In this document: one piece after another, positions 17,242 to 28,347 of the stretch
How the letters are laid out: each line of letters starts with the position of its first letter
Numbering within the stretch: position 1 is the stretch's first letter
The notes under the pieces: model-generated
What the model was told of the DNA's origin: nothing
The model's database searches: none
The model's input: the letters and a program-made list of their open reading frames with translations, nothing else
Source: Patescibacteria group bacterium
GTDB taxonomy: Bacteria > Patescibacteriota > Patescibacteriia > UBA1558 > GWA2-36-10
DNA: 64,000 nucleotides
Assembly: GCA_041665545.1 (NCBI GenBank)
Contig: JBAYIQ010000001.1
Coordinates: 67,495-131,494, forward strand
Direction of reading: 5' to 3'
Translations under genes and position numbers: made by a program

Positions 17242-19698
17242 CTAAACAATAATTCTTTGCATGACCTCGTCATCCACAATTTTTCTATCACGGCCATACT
17301 TGAGCCTTGATAATTGTTTAATAGCTTCAGCCAGCTCCAAGTTGCCTTTTTCCGGCATAATGGGCGTAAAATTAAAAGCCGGCGGATTAGCGTTATCAAT
17401 CAACAGTTTGGCATAACAAGTATATTTGGGCATGTTCACCAAATCATAGACAGAAACTACTGGCGCCATTTGCTTAGCAATCACCTCAGCATCCTCCACT
17501 CCAATGCGATATGAAATCAAAGTCCCGACATTACCAAAAATTGCATCTTTGATTCTGGTGTCGTTGTTTTTTACTAATTGCGCAATATATTGGTGCGCTA
17601 AAATCAAATCCAATCTATATTTTCTAGCTTCCGATAAAATAATACCAATAGTCTCGGTCATAAAATTCTGGAACTCATCAATGTACAAATAAAAATCACT
17701 GCGCTGTTCTTCGGCTATATCCACTCTACTCATGGAAGCAAATAATAATTTACCAATTACTATCATACCCAAAAGATTACTATTCATTTCCCCTATTTTA
17801 CCTTTGGATAAATTAATAATAATAATTTTTTTACTATCCATGGCTTCGCGAAAATTGAAAGCACTTTTTTGCTGAGCAATTATTGGTCTGATAGTGTCGT
17901 TGGAAATAAATGGCGTCAGCTTGCTGGTGATATAGGGCACCATGTTAGCCAGTGATGCTTCACCGCCAGCTTTTTGCGCTTCTTTTTCCCAAAAATCTTT
18001 GACTAGCCGATTTTTTACTTTTGATAATTTAAATTTGCGATAGGCCTCATCGGACAGCACCCGGGGCACTTCTACTAAAGTAGCCCCCGAATCCTTGTCG
18101 TCCATAATCAAAAGCATGGCGTTGCGCATGTATTGCTCAAACATTGGTCCGCCAGTGGCTTTCAAGTCATACAACTTGTCAAAAATAGCAATCATTTCAT
18201 TGATCACGAAACCTTTTTGTTCTTCGGTGTCGTATTCCAACATATTCATGGCCAAGGGCCGTTCAATATCTGAGGGGTTGAAATATATAACATCTTCGGC
18301 TCGTGATTTTGGCACATGACTCAAGGCCTTGTCGGCTAGCTCACCATGCGGATCTATGACACACAAACCATGACCAGCCTCAATATCTTGCTTGATCAAA
18401 CTTTCCATAAACACTGATTTACCAGTACCGGTCATTCCAATCTCATACATATGGCGACGACGATCTGCTTCTTTGATACGCACTAGTGTTTCTTTGCCAC
18501 GATAAATATTTTTCCCCAAAATTACACCTTCAGTCGGCATATTTACTGGCGGTGCCGCTTTGGTAGCTTCCAGCCAATCAATGTTTGGTGTCTCGGTAGT
18601 CGGTAGTGGCAAATGAATGACACTAACCATCTCCTCGGAGTTTAATAACAAACGATAGTCCGGAGCAAAATGATGATAAATCAAATGCTCAGCAATTCGA
18701 TCTGAATGTCTAGGTACCACGGCCTGAAAACGATTACCAAATTCATAGATATTGTACTGATTATAACTATTCAAAATATCAGCTAAAATTGCTTTGGAGC
18801 GCTCATGGCTAGTGCTTGATACTACCATGCGAATATTGACTTCCAGGCCAGCTTTGGAAGTTTTCTCTTCCAAGCCCTTGGCTCGCTCCTGCTCCATGGC
18901 TGATAAGGGCTGTTTGTGATCCTCTATTTCTTTGGCTACTTCTTCTGGCTTTTTAGTTGTCTTAAAGAAACTAGCCAAAAAACCGGAGGTTTTTTCTAAG
19001 CCAGCCACAAAACCAGTGCCACCAGTTTCTTTCATGGCTTGGGAATAAGTAAAACCCTTGTGCATTTTTTGGGCTATGGTACGGCCTCTTTTGTGCCATT
19101 TTTTGGGTGCGGAGCGAAAAACATATTGAATAGCCGCTCCTTCACCGGGCACTAATTTACTCAAAGCATTAGTAATCCCTTCTTGGGGATCATTTTCAAA
19201 ACTACGGTAGGTTTTTATGGGCAAAGTATAGTCATTGGTAAATTTCAAATAGCCGGCCATTATAAATGAATTGGTCTGAAAAATATTGTAATCCGTCACC
19301 TCTTCAGCGTAGATCTTGGGGTAGACTGCCTGTAATTGACCAATAAAAAACTCCGCAAATTTTTGCGGTACTGTAGCGTAAAAATTAATCAAACCATTTT
19401 CAGAAACAATATCAAGTGAAAAAATTTCTTTCGGTTGTCCAAAAAATAATTTTTCTGCCTTTAATCCAGCCAGAGCCGAAAAAAAGTTCTCAATTTTGCC
19501 CAAGGTCTGCTCAATATATTGCTTGGATAATTCTTCTTTTTCTTCTTTAGTATATTTGGGAACTTTTATCAAAAAAACTGACAAACGCAAACTCTTGTTG
19601 GTTTTTGTCTTGTTTTTATGAATAAGGACGCTCAAAATAATAAAAGTAAATAAGGCCAACAGTCCTATTGAAATTAAACTTTCTTGGTTAAGCTCCAT
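17242..19698 (-). CDS. VirB4/TraC-like (DUF87-type) P-loop ATPase with N-terminal TM
   Basis: Walker A GMTGTGKS, HerA/VirB4-like ATPase core, 818 aa, N-terminal membrane anchor. Confidence 0.7.
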   Translation of the reverse strand: MELNQESLISIGLLALFTFIILSVLIHKNKTKTNKSLRLSVFLIKVPKYTKEEKEELSKQYIEQTLGKIENFFSALAGLKAEKLFFGQPKEIFSLDIVSENGLINFYATVPQKFAEFFIGQLQAVYPKIYAEEVTDYNIFQTNSFIMAGYLKFTNDYTLPIKTYRSFENDPQEGITNALSKLVPGEGAAIQYVFRSAPKKWHKRGRTIAQKMHKGFTYSQAMKETGGTGFVAGLEKTSGFLASFFKTTKKPEEVAKEIEDHKQPLSAMEQERAKGLEEKTSKAGLEVNIRMVVSSTSHERSKAILADILNSYNQYNIYEFGNRFQAVVPRHSDRIAEHLIYHHFAPDYRLLLNSEEMVSVIHLPLPTTETPNIDWLEATKAAPPVNMPTEGVILGKNIYRGKETLVRIKEADRRRHMYEIGMTGTGKSVFMESLIKQDIEAGHGLCVIDPHGELADKALSHVPKSRAEDVIYFNPSDIERPLAMNMLEYDTEEQKGFVINEMIAIFDKLYDLKATGGPMFEQYMRNAMLLIMDDKDSGATLVEVPRVLSDEAYRKFKLSKVKNRLVKDFWEKEAQKAGGEASLANMVPYITSKLTPFISNDTIRPIIAQQKSAFNFREAMDSKKIIIINLSKGKIGEMNSNLLGMIVIGKLLFASMSRVDIAEEQRSDFYLYIDEFQNFMTETIGIILSEARKYRLDLILAHQYIAQLVKNNDTRIKDAIFGNVGTLISYRIGVEDAEVIAKQMAPVVSVYDLVNMPKYTCYAKLLIDNANPPAFNFTPIMPEKGNLELAEAIKQLSRLKYGRDRKIVDDEVMQRIIV

Positions 19699-19700
19699 GT

Positions 19701-20174
19701 TTATTTTTTAGAATTTATTCGCATAATTTTATCGGTTTTTATTTTGGCTTCTTGCTCCAAATAAAACCTATTGACATGCGGGATGATACGCAACCAGGAA
19801 ACAATCAAATTTACAATTTTTTTGAAAGAAACCGAGCCCTTGCTCAAAAGCTTGGTAATTTGTCGCGAAACTTCTTCACCGCGCTTTTTAAATTCGGCTT
19901 GTTGGTTGACATCCAAGGACAAAAAAATATTATCCATGTCTTCAGCCAAAATTTTCTCAACTTTTTCCAAAACAATCTGCTGATTTTCAACCGGTGTCAC
20001 GCTGACTGCTTGTTGGGCACTAAGTATCTGATCATTGACAGGCGTAGGGTCTGGCACTCTAACTATATTCTCAGCCGCTCTTTCCATGGCCTGTTCTCTG
20101 CCCGCCACAAAATCAGCGTTACTAGCGCTTTCAACTGGTGGTATTTTTATTTCTGGCCTTAGGTCGCCATTCAT
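19701..20174 (-). CDS. Hypothetical protein (157 aa)
   Basis: ORF tightly coupled to the upstream gene. Confidence 0.45.
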   Translation of the reverse strand: MNGDLRPEIKIPPVESASNADFVAGREQAMERAAENIVRVPDPTPVNDQILSAQQAVSVTPVENQQIVLEKVEKILAEDMDNIFLSLDVNQQAEFKKRGEEVSRQITKLLSKGSVSFKKIVNLIVSWLRIIPHVNRFYLEQEAKIKTDKIMRINSKK

Positions 20175-20176
20175 GG

Positions 20177-20674
20177 CTATATTATACCAGATTTTTCAAT
20201 TTTAGATAAGTCCGACTCGTTTAATAAGTTATAAACTTCTTCTATTTTTTTGATATTTTTTAAATAATAAATAGAGGTGCTTGTATTTATGACTAAATCA
20301 TCCCCTACTTTGTGCATATTTTCAATGTCAGCTCTATTGATAGCTCCGCGAAGCTTGATATTGTTATCGTTTATATAAAAGACATGCCAAATTTTGCTGT
20401 GCGTAATAATATACAGCGTATTGCGCCGTAAAAGATAATTGCCGAAAAAAATCAAGCAGATCAGCAGTATTGTCAGCCACAAAAGCACACCATAGCGACC
20501 CAAGTGCCACAAAGGAAACAAAAAGAAAAAAATAGCTACCAGCCAAGCCAAATACCAAACATACAAATATTTGCTTTCTTTGGCTGCCACTACGAGTAGC
20601 ACTTCATCATTTGGGAAAAATTTGCTAAACTTATTCATAAGCAATTGCTTAAATATTTTAGTCCGCTTACCCAC
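20177..20674 (-). CDS. Hypothetical membrane protein (165 aa, 2 TM)
   Basis: ORF with two hydrophobic helices. Confidence 0.45.
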   Translation of the reverse strand: MGKRTKIFKQLLMNKFSKFFPNDEVLLVVAAKESKYLYVWYLAWLVAIFFFLFPLWHLGRYGVLLWLTILLICLIFFGNYLLRRNTLYIITHSKIWHVFYINDNNIKLRGAINRADIENMHKVGDDLVINTSTSIYYLKNIKKIEEVYNLLNESDLSKIEKSGII

Positions 20675-20761
20675 CTAAACTATGAAAAGAAAAACTCAAA
20701 AATTAATTTGGATAATATTATCCATTTTTATGATATTGTCCATGATCGCCTGGACCTGGAG

Positions 20762-22534
20762 CTAATCTCGCCTCAAGACAGCTAAGTAGGCCTCTTGCGG
20801 TATTTCTACTTTGCCGCTTTGGGCCATTCTTTTTTTACCTTTTTTCTGTTTTTCTAACAACTTTCTTTTTCGAGTAACATCACCACCATACAACTTGGCA
20901 GTCACATCTTTACGCAAGGCCGATATTTTTTCTCCGGCTACTATTTTGCCACCCACGGCTGCTTGAATTTTGACCACAAACTGTTGGCGGGGAATTATGT
21001 CTTTTAGTTTGCTAACTATATTTTTACCAGCGCGATGCGCTTGATCTTTGTAGACCAAGCTAGTCAGGGCTTCTACTGGCTCCTCGGCCACCAAAATCTC
21101 CAACTTCACTAATTCACATTTTCGATAATCGGCAAAATCATAATTAAGCGAGGCATAGCCCGAGGAAAGACTTTTCATTTTGTCATAAAAATCCACCAAG
21201 ATACTACTCAAAGGAACCTGGTAGCGTAAAATCAAGCGTTGTTCATCAAGGTACTCATTGTTTTGGGGCAAGCCACCCACCTCAGTAATATACGACATTA
21301 AATTGCCAATGTAATTTTTTGGCGTCACCACTTCTATATTCATATATGGCTCCTCAATAAATTCAATGCTTGATGGATCGGGCATTTCTGAAGGAGTGGT
21401 CAAGACAAATTGTTCGCCATTCTGCAATTTTACTTTGTAAGCAACAGTCGGAGTGGTCACTATCAAGTCAAGATTAAATTCCCGTTTCAATCTTTCTTGA
21501 AAAATTTCTAAATGTAATAGGCCCAAAAAACCACAGCGAAACCCAAAACCCAAAGCCTGCGAACTAGCTGGCTCAAATACTAAACTAGCATCATTGAGCT
21601 TTAGTTTCATGATGGCATCGCGCAGTTTTTGGTACTCACTGCCTTCTTGCGGAAAAATACCAGCGTAAACCATGGGCTTGATACTTTTATACCCTGGCAG
21701 GGCTTTGGTGTGGCTATTTTTTAAAATAATTGTGTCTCCGACTTTGGCTTTATCAAGATTTTTTACACCAGTAATGATATAACCAATTTCTCCGTTATTT
21801 AAAGAGTCGGCTTTTGTCCACTGGGGCTTAAAAAAACCAACTTCCAAAACTTCGCTTTCTTCCAGACTAAAAGCAAATTTTATTTTATCACCTTTTTTCA
21901 CTTGTCCAGCAAACACTCTGACAAAAATCACCACTCCTCGAAACTCATCGTAGATAGAATCAAAAATCAAAGCTTGCAAAGAATCAGCGTCAGTATTGGA
22001 TGGCACTGGAACTTTTTTAATTATGGCATCCAATAATTGCCCGACATTTTGTCCGGTCTTGGCTGAAGTCAAAAAAATATCTTCCTCTTGGCAACCCAGT
22101 AAATTTATTAATTCTTTTTTTACGGCTGGCACATCAGCTGCTGGCAAATCTATTTTGTTTATAACCGGAATGATCACTAGATTCTGCTCCATGGCCAAAT
22201 ACAAATTGGCCAGAGTCTGGGCCTCGACTCCCTGACTAGCGTCCACCAACAAAATAGCGCCTTCGACAGCTGCCAATGACCTAGATACTTCATAGGTGAA
22301 ATCAACGTGACCAGGAGTGTCAATCAAGTTCAATTCGTGGCCCTTCCAAGCCATACGCGCTGGCTGGAGCTTGATGGTGATGCCCCTTTCACGTTCCAAA
22401 TCCATCTGGTCCAATATTTGATTTTTCATCTTACGCTCATCAATGGTGTTGGTCACTTCCAACATACGGTCAGCCAGCGTTGACTTACCGTGATCAATAT
22501 GAGCAATAATACAAAAATTTCTAATTTTTTCCAT
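20762..22534 (-). CDS. lepA: Elongation factor 4 (LepA)
   Basis: NFCIIAHIDHGKST, DTPGHVDF and the LepA C-terminal domain. 590 aa. Confidence 0.9.
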   Translation of the reverse strand: MEKIRNFCIIAHIDHGKSTLADRMLEVTNTIDERKMKNQILDQMDLERERGITIKLQPARMAWKGHELNLIDTPGHVDFTYEVSRSLAAVEGAILLVDASQGVEAQTLANLYLAMEQNLVIIPVINKIDLPAADVPAVKKELINLLGCQEEDIFLTSAKTGQNVGQLLDAIIKKVPVPSNTDADSLQALIFDSIYDEFRGVVIFVRVFAGQVKKGDKIKFAFSLEESEVLEVGFFKPQWTKADSLNNGEIGYIITGVKNLDKAKVGDTIILKNSHTKALPGYKSIKPMVYAGIFPQEGSEYQKLRDAIMKLKLNDASLVFEPASSQALGFGFRCGFLGLLHLEIFQERLKREFNLDLIVTTPTVAYKVKLQNGEQFVLTTPSEMPDPSSIEFIEEPYMNIEVVTPKNYIGNLMSYITEVGGLPQNNEYLDEQRLILRYQVPLSSILVDFYDKMKSLSSGYASLNYDFADYRKCELVKLEILVAEEPVEALTSLVYKDQAHRAGKNIVSKLKDIIPRQQFVVKIQAAVGGKIVAGEKISALRKDVTAKLYGGDVTRKRKLLEKQKKGKKRMAQSGKVEIPQEAYLAVLRRD

Positions 22535-24107
22535 TTTTTAATAAACGCCAGCTTGGTAATAATTTTTGCTTGACAATGGCCACTTCCTCAAGTTTGAATA
22601 ATATACTTAATATTAGGTAAATTAGCAAGCCAAGCAGACCAGCCAGCAGTCCTTGCAAAAAAATGCCGGAGAATGTGCGCATATTGACTAAAGGGGCCAC
22701 AAGATACAAAACACGATTGGCTACAAATCCAGCCACTAAAGAATTAAAGGTAATTTTTAATAAAGAATTAAAAATTTTGTTATTGTCCATAAATTCAACT
22801 CTAGTGTATAGGACTAGGTACAACAAAAGCATATTTATAATGCTACTGATAGAAAAAGCCATGGCCAAACCAATAACTCCAAAAATATTAGCCAGATAAT
22901 AGGCCGAGACAATATTTACTACAATAGATATAAAGGCAATTTTAGTAGGCGTCTTGGTATCTTCTAAGGCATAAAAAGATCTAGCCAACAGCGGTATCAA
23001 TCCTTGAGCAAAAATAGAAATACTAAACCAACCCAAAGTCTGAGCGGTGTCATAAGTATTTTCCCAAGTAAAATTACCAGCCCCCAAAATAACTCTGACC
23101 AACTGCGCTCGCAACACCACAATCAAAACGGATATTGGCAAAAGTAAAAACAATAAGCGCCTAATATTTTGTGATAAATGCGTGGCAAATAATTGATGAT
23201 TTTTTTCTAAGACAGCTTGGGAAAAAGTGGGAAATACGGCAATGGCCAGTGAGACAGCAAAAAGAGAAACTGGCAAACTCTGCATATTGTTGGCCAAGTT
23301 AAAAACCGCAATACTACCAGCATTCAAATGCGAAGCCATCATGGTAATCAACACTAGATTCAACTGCCCAGCGGCCAGACCCAAAGTACGCGGTACCATC
23401 AACTTCAAAACTTTTTTTAAATTGGCGTCAAAAATAAGTTTTAGTTTATATTGAAAACCATATCGCTTGGCCTCTGGTATCTGAACTAGCAAGTGCATAG
23501 CCGCGCCCAGCACAACTCCCCAAGCTAATCCAGCCAGACCAAACTTTGGATAAAAATAAACAATTCCGATAATAATACCAATATTATAAAAAGAAGCCGC
23601 CAATGAAAAGCTAAAAAATCTTTTCCAAGAATTCAACACTCCTCCCAAGACATTGGAAAAGACAAAAAATAAAGTAGCCAGCAACATGATTCTGGACAAA
23701 ATAATAGTTTGCGCTAGTTGCCAAGCATTAAAACCCGGAGTAATAATCTTGGTAATTTGTGGGGTAAAAATAGCCGCCACAATAATAAAGGCCCCAATAA
23801 TAATTAAAAATAAATTTATCACCGAATTAGCTAGATTCAGGCCACTGTTTTTGTCTTTGTGCCAGGTTTTTTGAAAAATAGGAATAAAAGCTGAGGTCAA
23901 AGCGCCCAATACCAAAGTGTTAAAAATCATGTCTGGCAAGCGAAATGAAGCATAGTACACATCAGAGATGGCGCTGGCGCCAAAATTTACAGCAATCAAA
24001 CGCTCGCGCACCAAGGCCAAAATTTTTGCTAATAGAGAAAAAAAGGCGATGATTACCGCCCCGCCCGCTACTGAATTATTTAATTTTTGCCAAACTTTTT
24101 TGAGCAT
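22521..24107 (-). CDS. murJ: Lipid II flippase MurJ (MviN family)
   Basis: 528 aa, 14 TM. N-terminal VRERLIAVNFGAS and SFRLPDMIF match MurJ motifs. Confidence 0.8.
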   Translation of the reverse strand: MLKKVWQKLNNSVAGGAVIIAFFSLLAKILALVRERLIAVNFGASAISDVYYASFRLPDMIFNTLVLGALTSAFIPIFQKTWHKDKNSGLNLANSVINLFLIIIGAFIIVAAIFTPQITKIITPGFNAWQLAQTIILSRIMLLATLFFVFSNVLGGVLNSWKRFFSFSLAASFYNIGIIIGIVYFYPKFGLAGLAWGVVLGAAMHLLVQIPEAKRYGFQYKLKLIFDANLKKVLKLMVPRTLGLAAGQLNLVLITMMASHLNAGSIAVFNLANNMQSLPVSLFAVSLAIAVFPTFSQAVLEKNHQLFATHLSQNIRRLLFLLLPISVLIVVLRAQLVRVILGAGNFTWENTYDTAQTLGWFSISIFAQGLIPLLARSFYALEDTKTPTKIAFISIVVNIVSAYYLANIFGVIGLAMAFSISSIINMLLLYLVLYTRVEFMDNNKIFNSLLKITFNSLVAGFVANRVLYLVAPLVNMRTFSGIFLQGLLAGLLGLLIYLILSILFKLEEVAIVKQKLLPSWRLLKNGKN

Positions 24108-24109
24108 GA

Positions 24110-26689
24110 TTATTGGCTGTTTATTACTACGCCAAAATATTGATCACTGTCCAAATTTTGACTAAAAACCGTTTGATTATCTTGCACTTGGACGCTATTG
24201 TCAGAATTGGCCGCCTCCCAAATAATCTTAGTGCCTATTGGAAAAACTATTTTAGAATTTAAAATTGATTTTATCTGACCGCTTTGAGATTGAACCAACA
24301 AACTATAATGATCAAAATGGCGATTGCTAGCCAAAAATATTTTTTTCCAGTCATTGGTCAATTGGCTACCCAGGTCTAATGAAAAAGGTAACTTATATGT
24401 TATAGTCACTGTTTTTGTTTCACCGGCTTTTAGTGTCTGCCAATTAGCAAAAACTGTGCGATTGAGATTGGAAAAAATCTCGGTCTGCGATTCATTGTCA
24501 ATTAGCTTGCTTTCTTCCTCAACCAAATCCGGATCAACATCATATTGTTTGTTGTCTGGAAAATAATGCTGAGGAATGACATCAAAACCCTCGGCTGACA
24601 ATAATTTACTGCCCTTAGGTACATAGACGCGCAAATATGACACATTGTTGCCTTCTAGTCCCAAGAAAGGGTCATCAAGTGAACCATCATAAGATCGGGT
24701 AATTTTAACAGTGTTTATAATCTCACCATTGGCTTGAACTTCGGCCTGATGATCGATCAACTGATTAACTTTTAGATCGGTTTTTCCGCCAGCAATATTG
24801 GTACTAACTACCCACAAATAATCGCGATCTGTTTCCATTATTTCTCCGCGCCAACCTAAAGCACTAATCTGCTTATCAATATTTTGATCTGTGGAGTAAA
24901 CTTGCAAATCTTTTTTTTGCAATACTTCGGCTAATAGGCCAAACATATCTTCAACAGCATTGTTGGTGTCAAAAATTTTCTGTAAAACTTTTGGTGCTAA
25001 ATCAGATATTATTGTCTTGGGGTTGGCACTATTTCTTTTGCCTTCTATTTCTGTTTGTAAAACGTCAATGACATTGTCAGCGGTGATTTGGGTGTTGTAT
25101 TCTGGAAAATCAAGCGGTCCGGTAATCACTAATAATTTTTGTAAAACAGTGGCATTGATAGCTATCACTCCATCGACCGAAGAACCGCTACTTTCCGAAA
25201 AAAGCTGGCTAATTTTTTTGGCCGAAGTCGGAAAATCAGGCCACCAGTTGGCATCCCAAATATTAAAAGTAGTATTCACAACAGATAGGGCTTGCGGTGA
25301 ACGCCATTTCTTTTTTTGCCCAGCTGTCAAATCATAAGTGCCACCTTGGGGAATTTCCAATCCAACAATTTTCCCCTTGTTCACATCCAACAAAGCATAG
25401 CTACCAATAAAACCACCAGTGGCTCGTATTTCATTATTATTCTGGAAAAGCAACAAGTAGCGCTGTTCTTTTTGACTACCCAGCAAACTTTCCAGTGTGG
25501 TGGTAATAATTTTTAAATTTTTTAAATTGCTAATAACTGGCGGTAATTCTTTTTTTAAATTAGTCAGCTCTGATTGAATATTGTCAGGCAGACCAACAAC
25601 TTTGTCTAATCTCTTATTAGTATCTTCCAGCAAGGGCAAAAGCTCATCTAATTGCTGATTGAGAACTGTAATATAGTCGGTAAGATCTGTAGCTTGTTCT
25701 CTTTTTTGACTGATAATTTTGGCTGCTTTTGACAAGCTAGAGCTAATAGCCAAAACATTTTCCCCGCTTTTCAAAGTATCACCAATCAGTGGCAGTTTAT
25801 CTCCAATGTTCAATAGCTGTTGGTCGTATTTACTCAAAATATTTTGAGCATCATCAAATTCACCCAAAGCTTTGGTAAAATCAATATCCGCCTCTTGATA
25901 ATTATTGGAAGAGGCCTTGATAATTCCTGACTTAAATGCCAAGAAACCGTTTTGACCATAATTAAGCAATTTATTTTTATCTTGTTGCCATTTGCCAACA
26001 AACACAAATACCTGTACTGGCAATAGTATCACTAATGTAGTAAGAGCAATTAAAATAGATTTTTTGAAAACTAAGCGGAAATTTGTTGGCTCACTTGGCT
26101 CTGCTTCATTTAATTCCTCTACTACTTCATTTGTTGCTTCATTGTTTTCTGCTGGACTGGGAATTTGATCAACTAATTCAGCAACTTTTTCTGTTTCCGG
26201 AACTTCTGCTGTCTGCTGATCCTCGCTTAGTGGCGCTGGAATTGCTTGAATTGGCTCCTCTGCCTCTGCTTTTACTTCGGCTATTATTTCATTAGCATCA
26301 ACGCTTACTTCTTGTTTTTTGCTTTTACTAAAAAAATTAACTAAACCACTATTTTTTTTAGGTTTTTTTGCTTCAAACTCGTGGCGCAAGTCAACCACGT
26401 GTATAGATGAATAAAAATCAGCTGGCGAAACTTCTGTATTATCTGTACGGCTAATGGGCTTAGTTTCTTGACGCGATTTTAACCTGTGCAATATCTCACC
26501 GTAACTTAAATCTTGTTTTATAAGCCGATCAAGCTCTTTTAGAGCCAAAATACGCGCTTTTTCAACAGCGGGAGCTGATTCGGTATTGATATTGTTGGCG
26601 TCTAACAAAAAAGTATCAAGCTCGGACAAAATTTCCTGCTTAATTTTATCAACGTCATTGGCTAGTGGTCGGTTGTGTTCCGACGTCAT
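24110..26689 (-). CDS. Large membrane-anchored hypothetical protein (859 aa). Acidic, coiled-coil N-terminal region, a single TM, and a large extracytoplasmic domain.
   Basis: ORF. TM at about residue 200. No catalytic motif recognised. Confidence 0.55.
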   Translation of the reverse strand: MTSEHNRPLANDVDKIKQEILSELDTFLLDANNINTESAPAVEKARILALKELDRLIKQDLSYGEILHRLKSRQETKPISRTDNTEVSPADFYSSIHVVDLRHEFEAKKPKKNSGLVNFFSKSKKQEVSVDANEIIAEVKAEAEEPIQAIPAPLSEDQQTAEVPETEKVAELVDQIPSPAENNEATNEVVEELNEAEPSEPTNFRLVFKKSILIALTTLVILLPVQVFVFVGKWQQDKNKLLNYGQNGFLAFKSGIIKASSNNYQEADIDFTKALGEFDDAQNILSKYDQQLLNIGDKLPLIGDTLKSGENVLAISSSLSKAAKIISQKREQATDLTDYITVLNQQLDELLPLLEDTNKRLDKVVGLPDNIQSELTNLKKELPPVISNLKNLKIITTTLESLLGSQKEQRYLLLFQNNNEIRATGGFIGSYALLDVNKGKIVGLEIPQGGTYDLTAGQKKKWRSPQALSVVNTTFNIWDANWWPDFPTSAKKISQLFSESSGSSVDGVIAINATVLQKLLVITGPLDFPEYNTQITADNVIDVLQTEIEGKRNSANPKTIISDLAPKVLQKIFDTNNAVEDMFGLLAEVLQKKDLQVYSTDQNIDKQISALGWRGEIMETDRDYLWVVSTNIAGGKTDLKVNQLIDHQAEVQANGEIINTVKITRSYDGSLDDPFLGLEGNNVSYLRVYVPKGSKLLSAEGFDVIPQHYFPDNKQYDVDPDLVEEESKLIDNESQTEIFSNLNRTVFANWQTLKAGETKTVTITYKLPFSLDLGSQLTNDWKKIFLASNRHFDHYSLLVQSQSGQIKSILNSKIVFPIGTKIIWEAANSDNSVQVQDNQTVFSQNLDSDQYFGVVINSQ

Positions 26690-26730
26690 GCTGTATATTA
26701 TAACAAAATTAACCGAAAAATCAAAATCAA

Positions 26731-28332
26731 CTACTGCTTATAGTAAGGAAAGAGAATAATGTTATTGTCAAAATTAATAACTAGGTGCTTATTTAAATCT
26801 AAATTATTCATTAACACATCTAAGTCTCTGGAAAAAATGTAGATCGTTTGATAATCCACTAGACCCTCCTCGACTCGTTCAAGCTCTTTTTCTTTGTTAT
26901 CTTCCAAATTTTTTGGTGGCCGCGCAAAATAGCCATCATTGATAGTCAAACCATTCTTGGCTGCTTCTTGCGCAAAAAAGGCAAAATATTTGTGAGTAAT
27001 GACTGGTAAAAAAACTAAGTGTTTATACGGCGATAAATTTTGAAAAACTTCGGAGTTCTCAGGTGGCTCAAAAATTTTATTCTGATACTCTTCGTGTCTG
27101 GCTACTACTTTGGGAGTCAGATCATAAATTTGTAGAGCCAAAGCCAAAATTAATATAATTACTGCTTTATTAAATTTCAAACTTTTTATTGACAATATAG
27201 CGACTAAAGTCAAGAGATAATAAACTGGCCAAAAAAATCTGCCTGATGATCTAAATAAGCCAAAAAAATTATCCAAAACTAACTTTGGCCAATTAATTGT
27301 AAATAAAATGTGATCATCCCAAGCCACTACGTGGCTGAGCGACAGGGCTATCAATACCAAACAAAATAATATTAATAAATAATATTTTTTTAATAAATAA
27401 AGTTTATTTTTTTCTATGACAAACTTAATAATGGCCAAACAAAGCAAGCCAAGTAAACCCAAGCCAAGATAATTGAACCCCTCGGCTTGATAACGAATAA
27501 GCGATCGATCCGCTAATATGCTGGACCAGCCCAGAGGATTAATCAAGGCATTGAGATTCATGGAAAAATCTCCATAGCCAGGAGCTGTTTCTTGGCTAGC
27601 CGTAAACAATCCAAAAACATAAGCCAATGAAAAAATAAAAAGTAAAGCGCTAAACAAAAATAATAATAATTTTTTTAAAGTGAGAGTTTTCTTTATGAAA
27701 AATAAATCAATTATTTTATACAAAAGCAGGAAAAAAATCATGAACAATAAATAAGGATGAACTAGCAGTGCTAAAGCTAGCAAAGCCAGCCAAGATTTCC
27801 AAGCTAATTTATCATTGGCAAATACGAGCCACAAGGCAACCAAAATCAACCAGTGTCCAGCCAAAGCAAAGTGTCCGCCCATTCTAAAAAGCATAATCGG
27901 GCTAAGAATAAAAAATATACTACCCAAAAATGACAAAATAATATTATTAAAAAATTTATTCAGCAATAAATAGGCAAAAATCGCCTGCAAAACAAAACAA
28001 AGCATTATCCACAGGCCAGTGTATTGAAAAACTGCTGGTAAAAAATTAGAAAATAACTTGAAAAATATGGCCAACAAGGGAATAGAATCAGTGTAGCTTA
28101 TAGCTACACCGCCGGGATAAGCATAATTGCTAACTATGCCAAGGGGCCAAGACCAATTAGCTTGACGATACATCAGCCAGCCAACATAATGCTGAACTTG
28201 GTCAGGCCCAGCGCTCAACAACCAAGCATCATAAGTAAAATTTAAAAGATTGCCGTAAATTACAAAAAAAGCAACTAGGCCAAGCAAAGTGGCCCCGCCC
28301 AAACCCCCTAGTATTTTGTTTCTGGCCGTCAT
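26731..28332 (-). CDS. Polytopic membrane protein, possible GT-C-fold glycosyltransferase
   Basis: 533 aa, at least 10 TM. It lies inside the glycosylation locus. Confidence 0.45.
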   Translation of the reverse strand: MTARNKILGGLGGATLLGLVAFFVIYGNLLNFTYDAWLLSAGPDQVQHYVGWLMYRQANWSWPLGIVSNYAYPGGVAISYTDSIPLLAIFFKLFSNFLPAVFQYTGLWIMLCFVLQAIFAYLLLNKFFNNIILSFLGSIFFILSPIMLFRMGGHFALAGHWLILVALWLVFANDKLAWKSWLALLALALLVHPYLLFMIFFLLLYKIIDLFFIKKTLTLKKLLLFLFSALLFIFSLAYVFGLFTASQETAPGYGDFSMNLNALINPLGWSSILADRSLIRYQAEGFNYLGLGLLGLLCLAIIKFVIEKNKLYLLKKYYLLILFCLVLIALSLSHVVAWDDHILFTINWPKLVLDNFFGLFRSSGRFFWPVYYLLTLVAILSIKSLKFNKAVIILILALALQIYDLTPKVVARHEEYQNKIFEPPENSEVFQNLSPYKHLVFLPVITHKYFAFFAQEAAKNGLTINDGYFARPPKNLEDNKEKELERVEEGLVDYQTIYIFSRDLDVLMNNLDLNKHLVINFDNNIILFPYYKQ

Positions 28333-28347
28333 TTTAGATAAGTTGTT

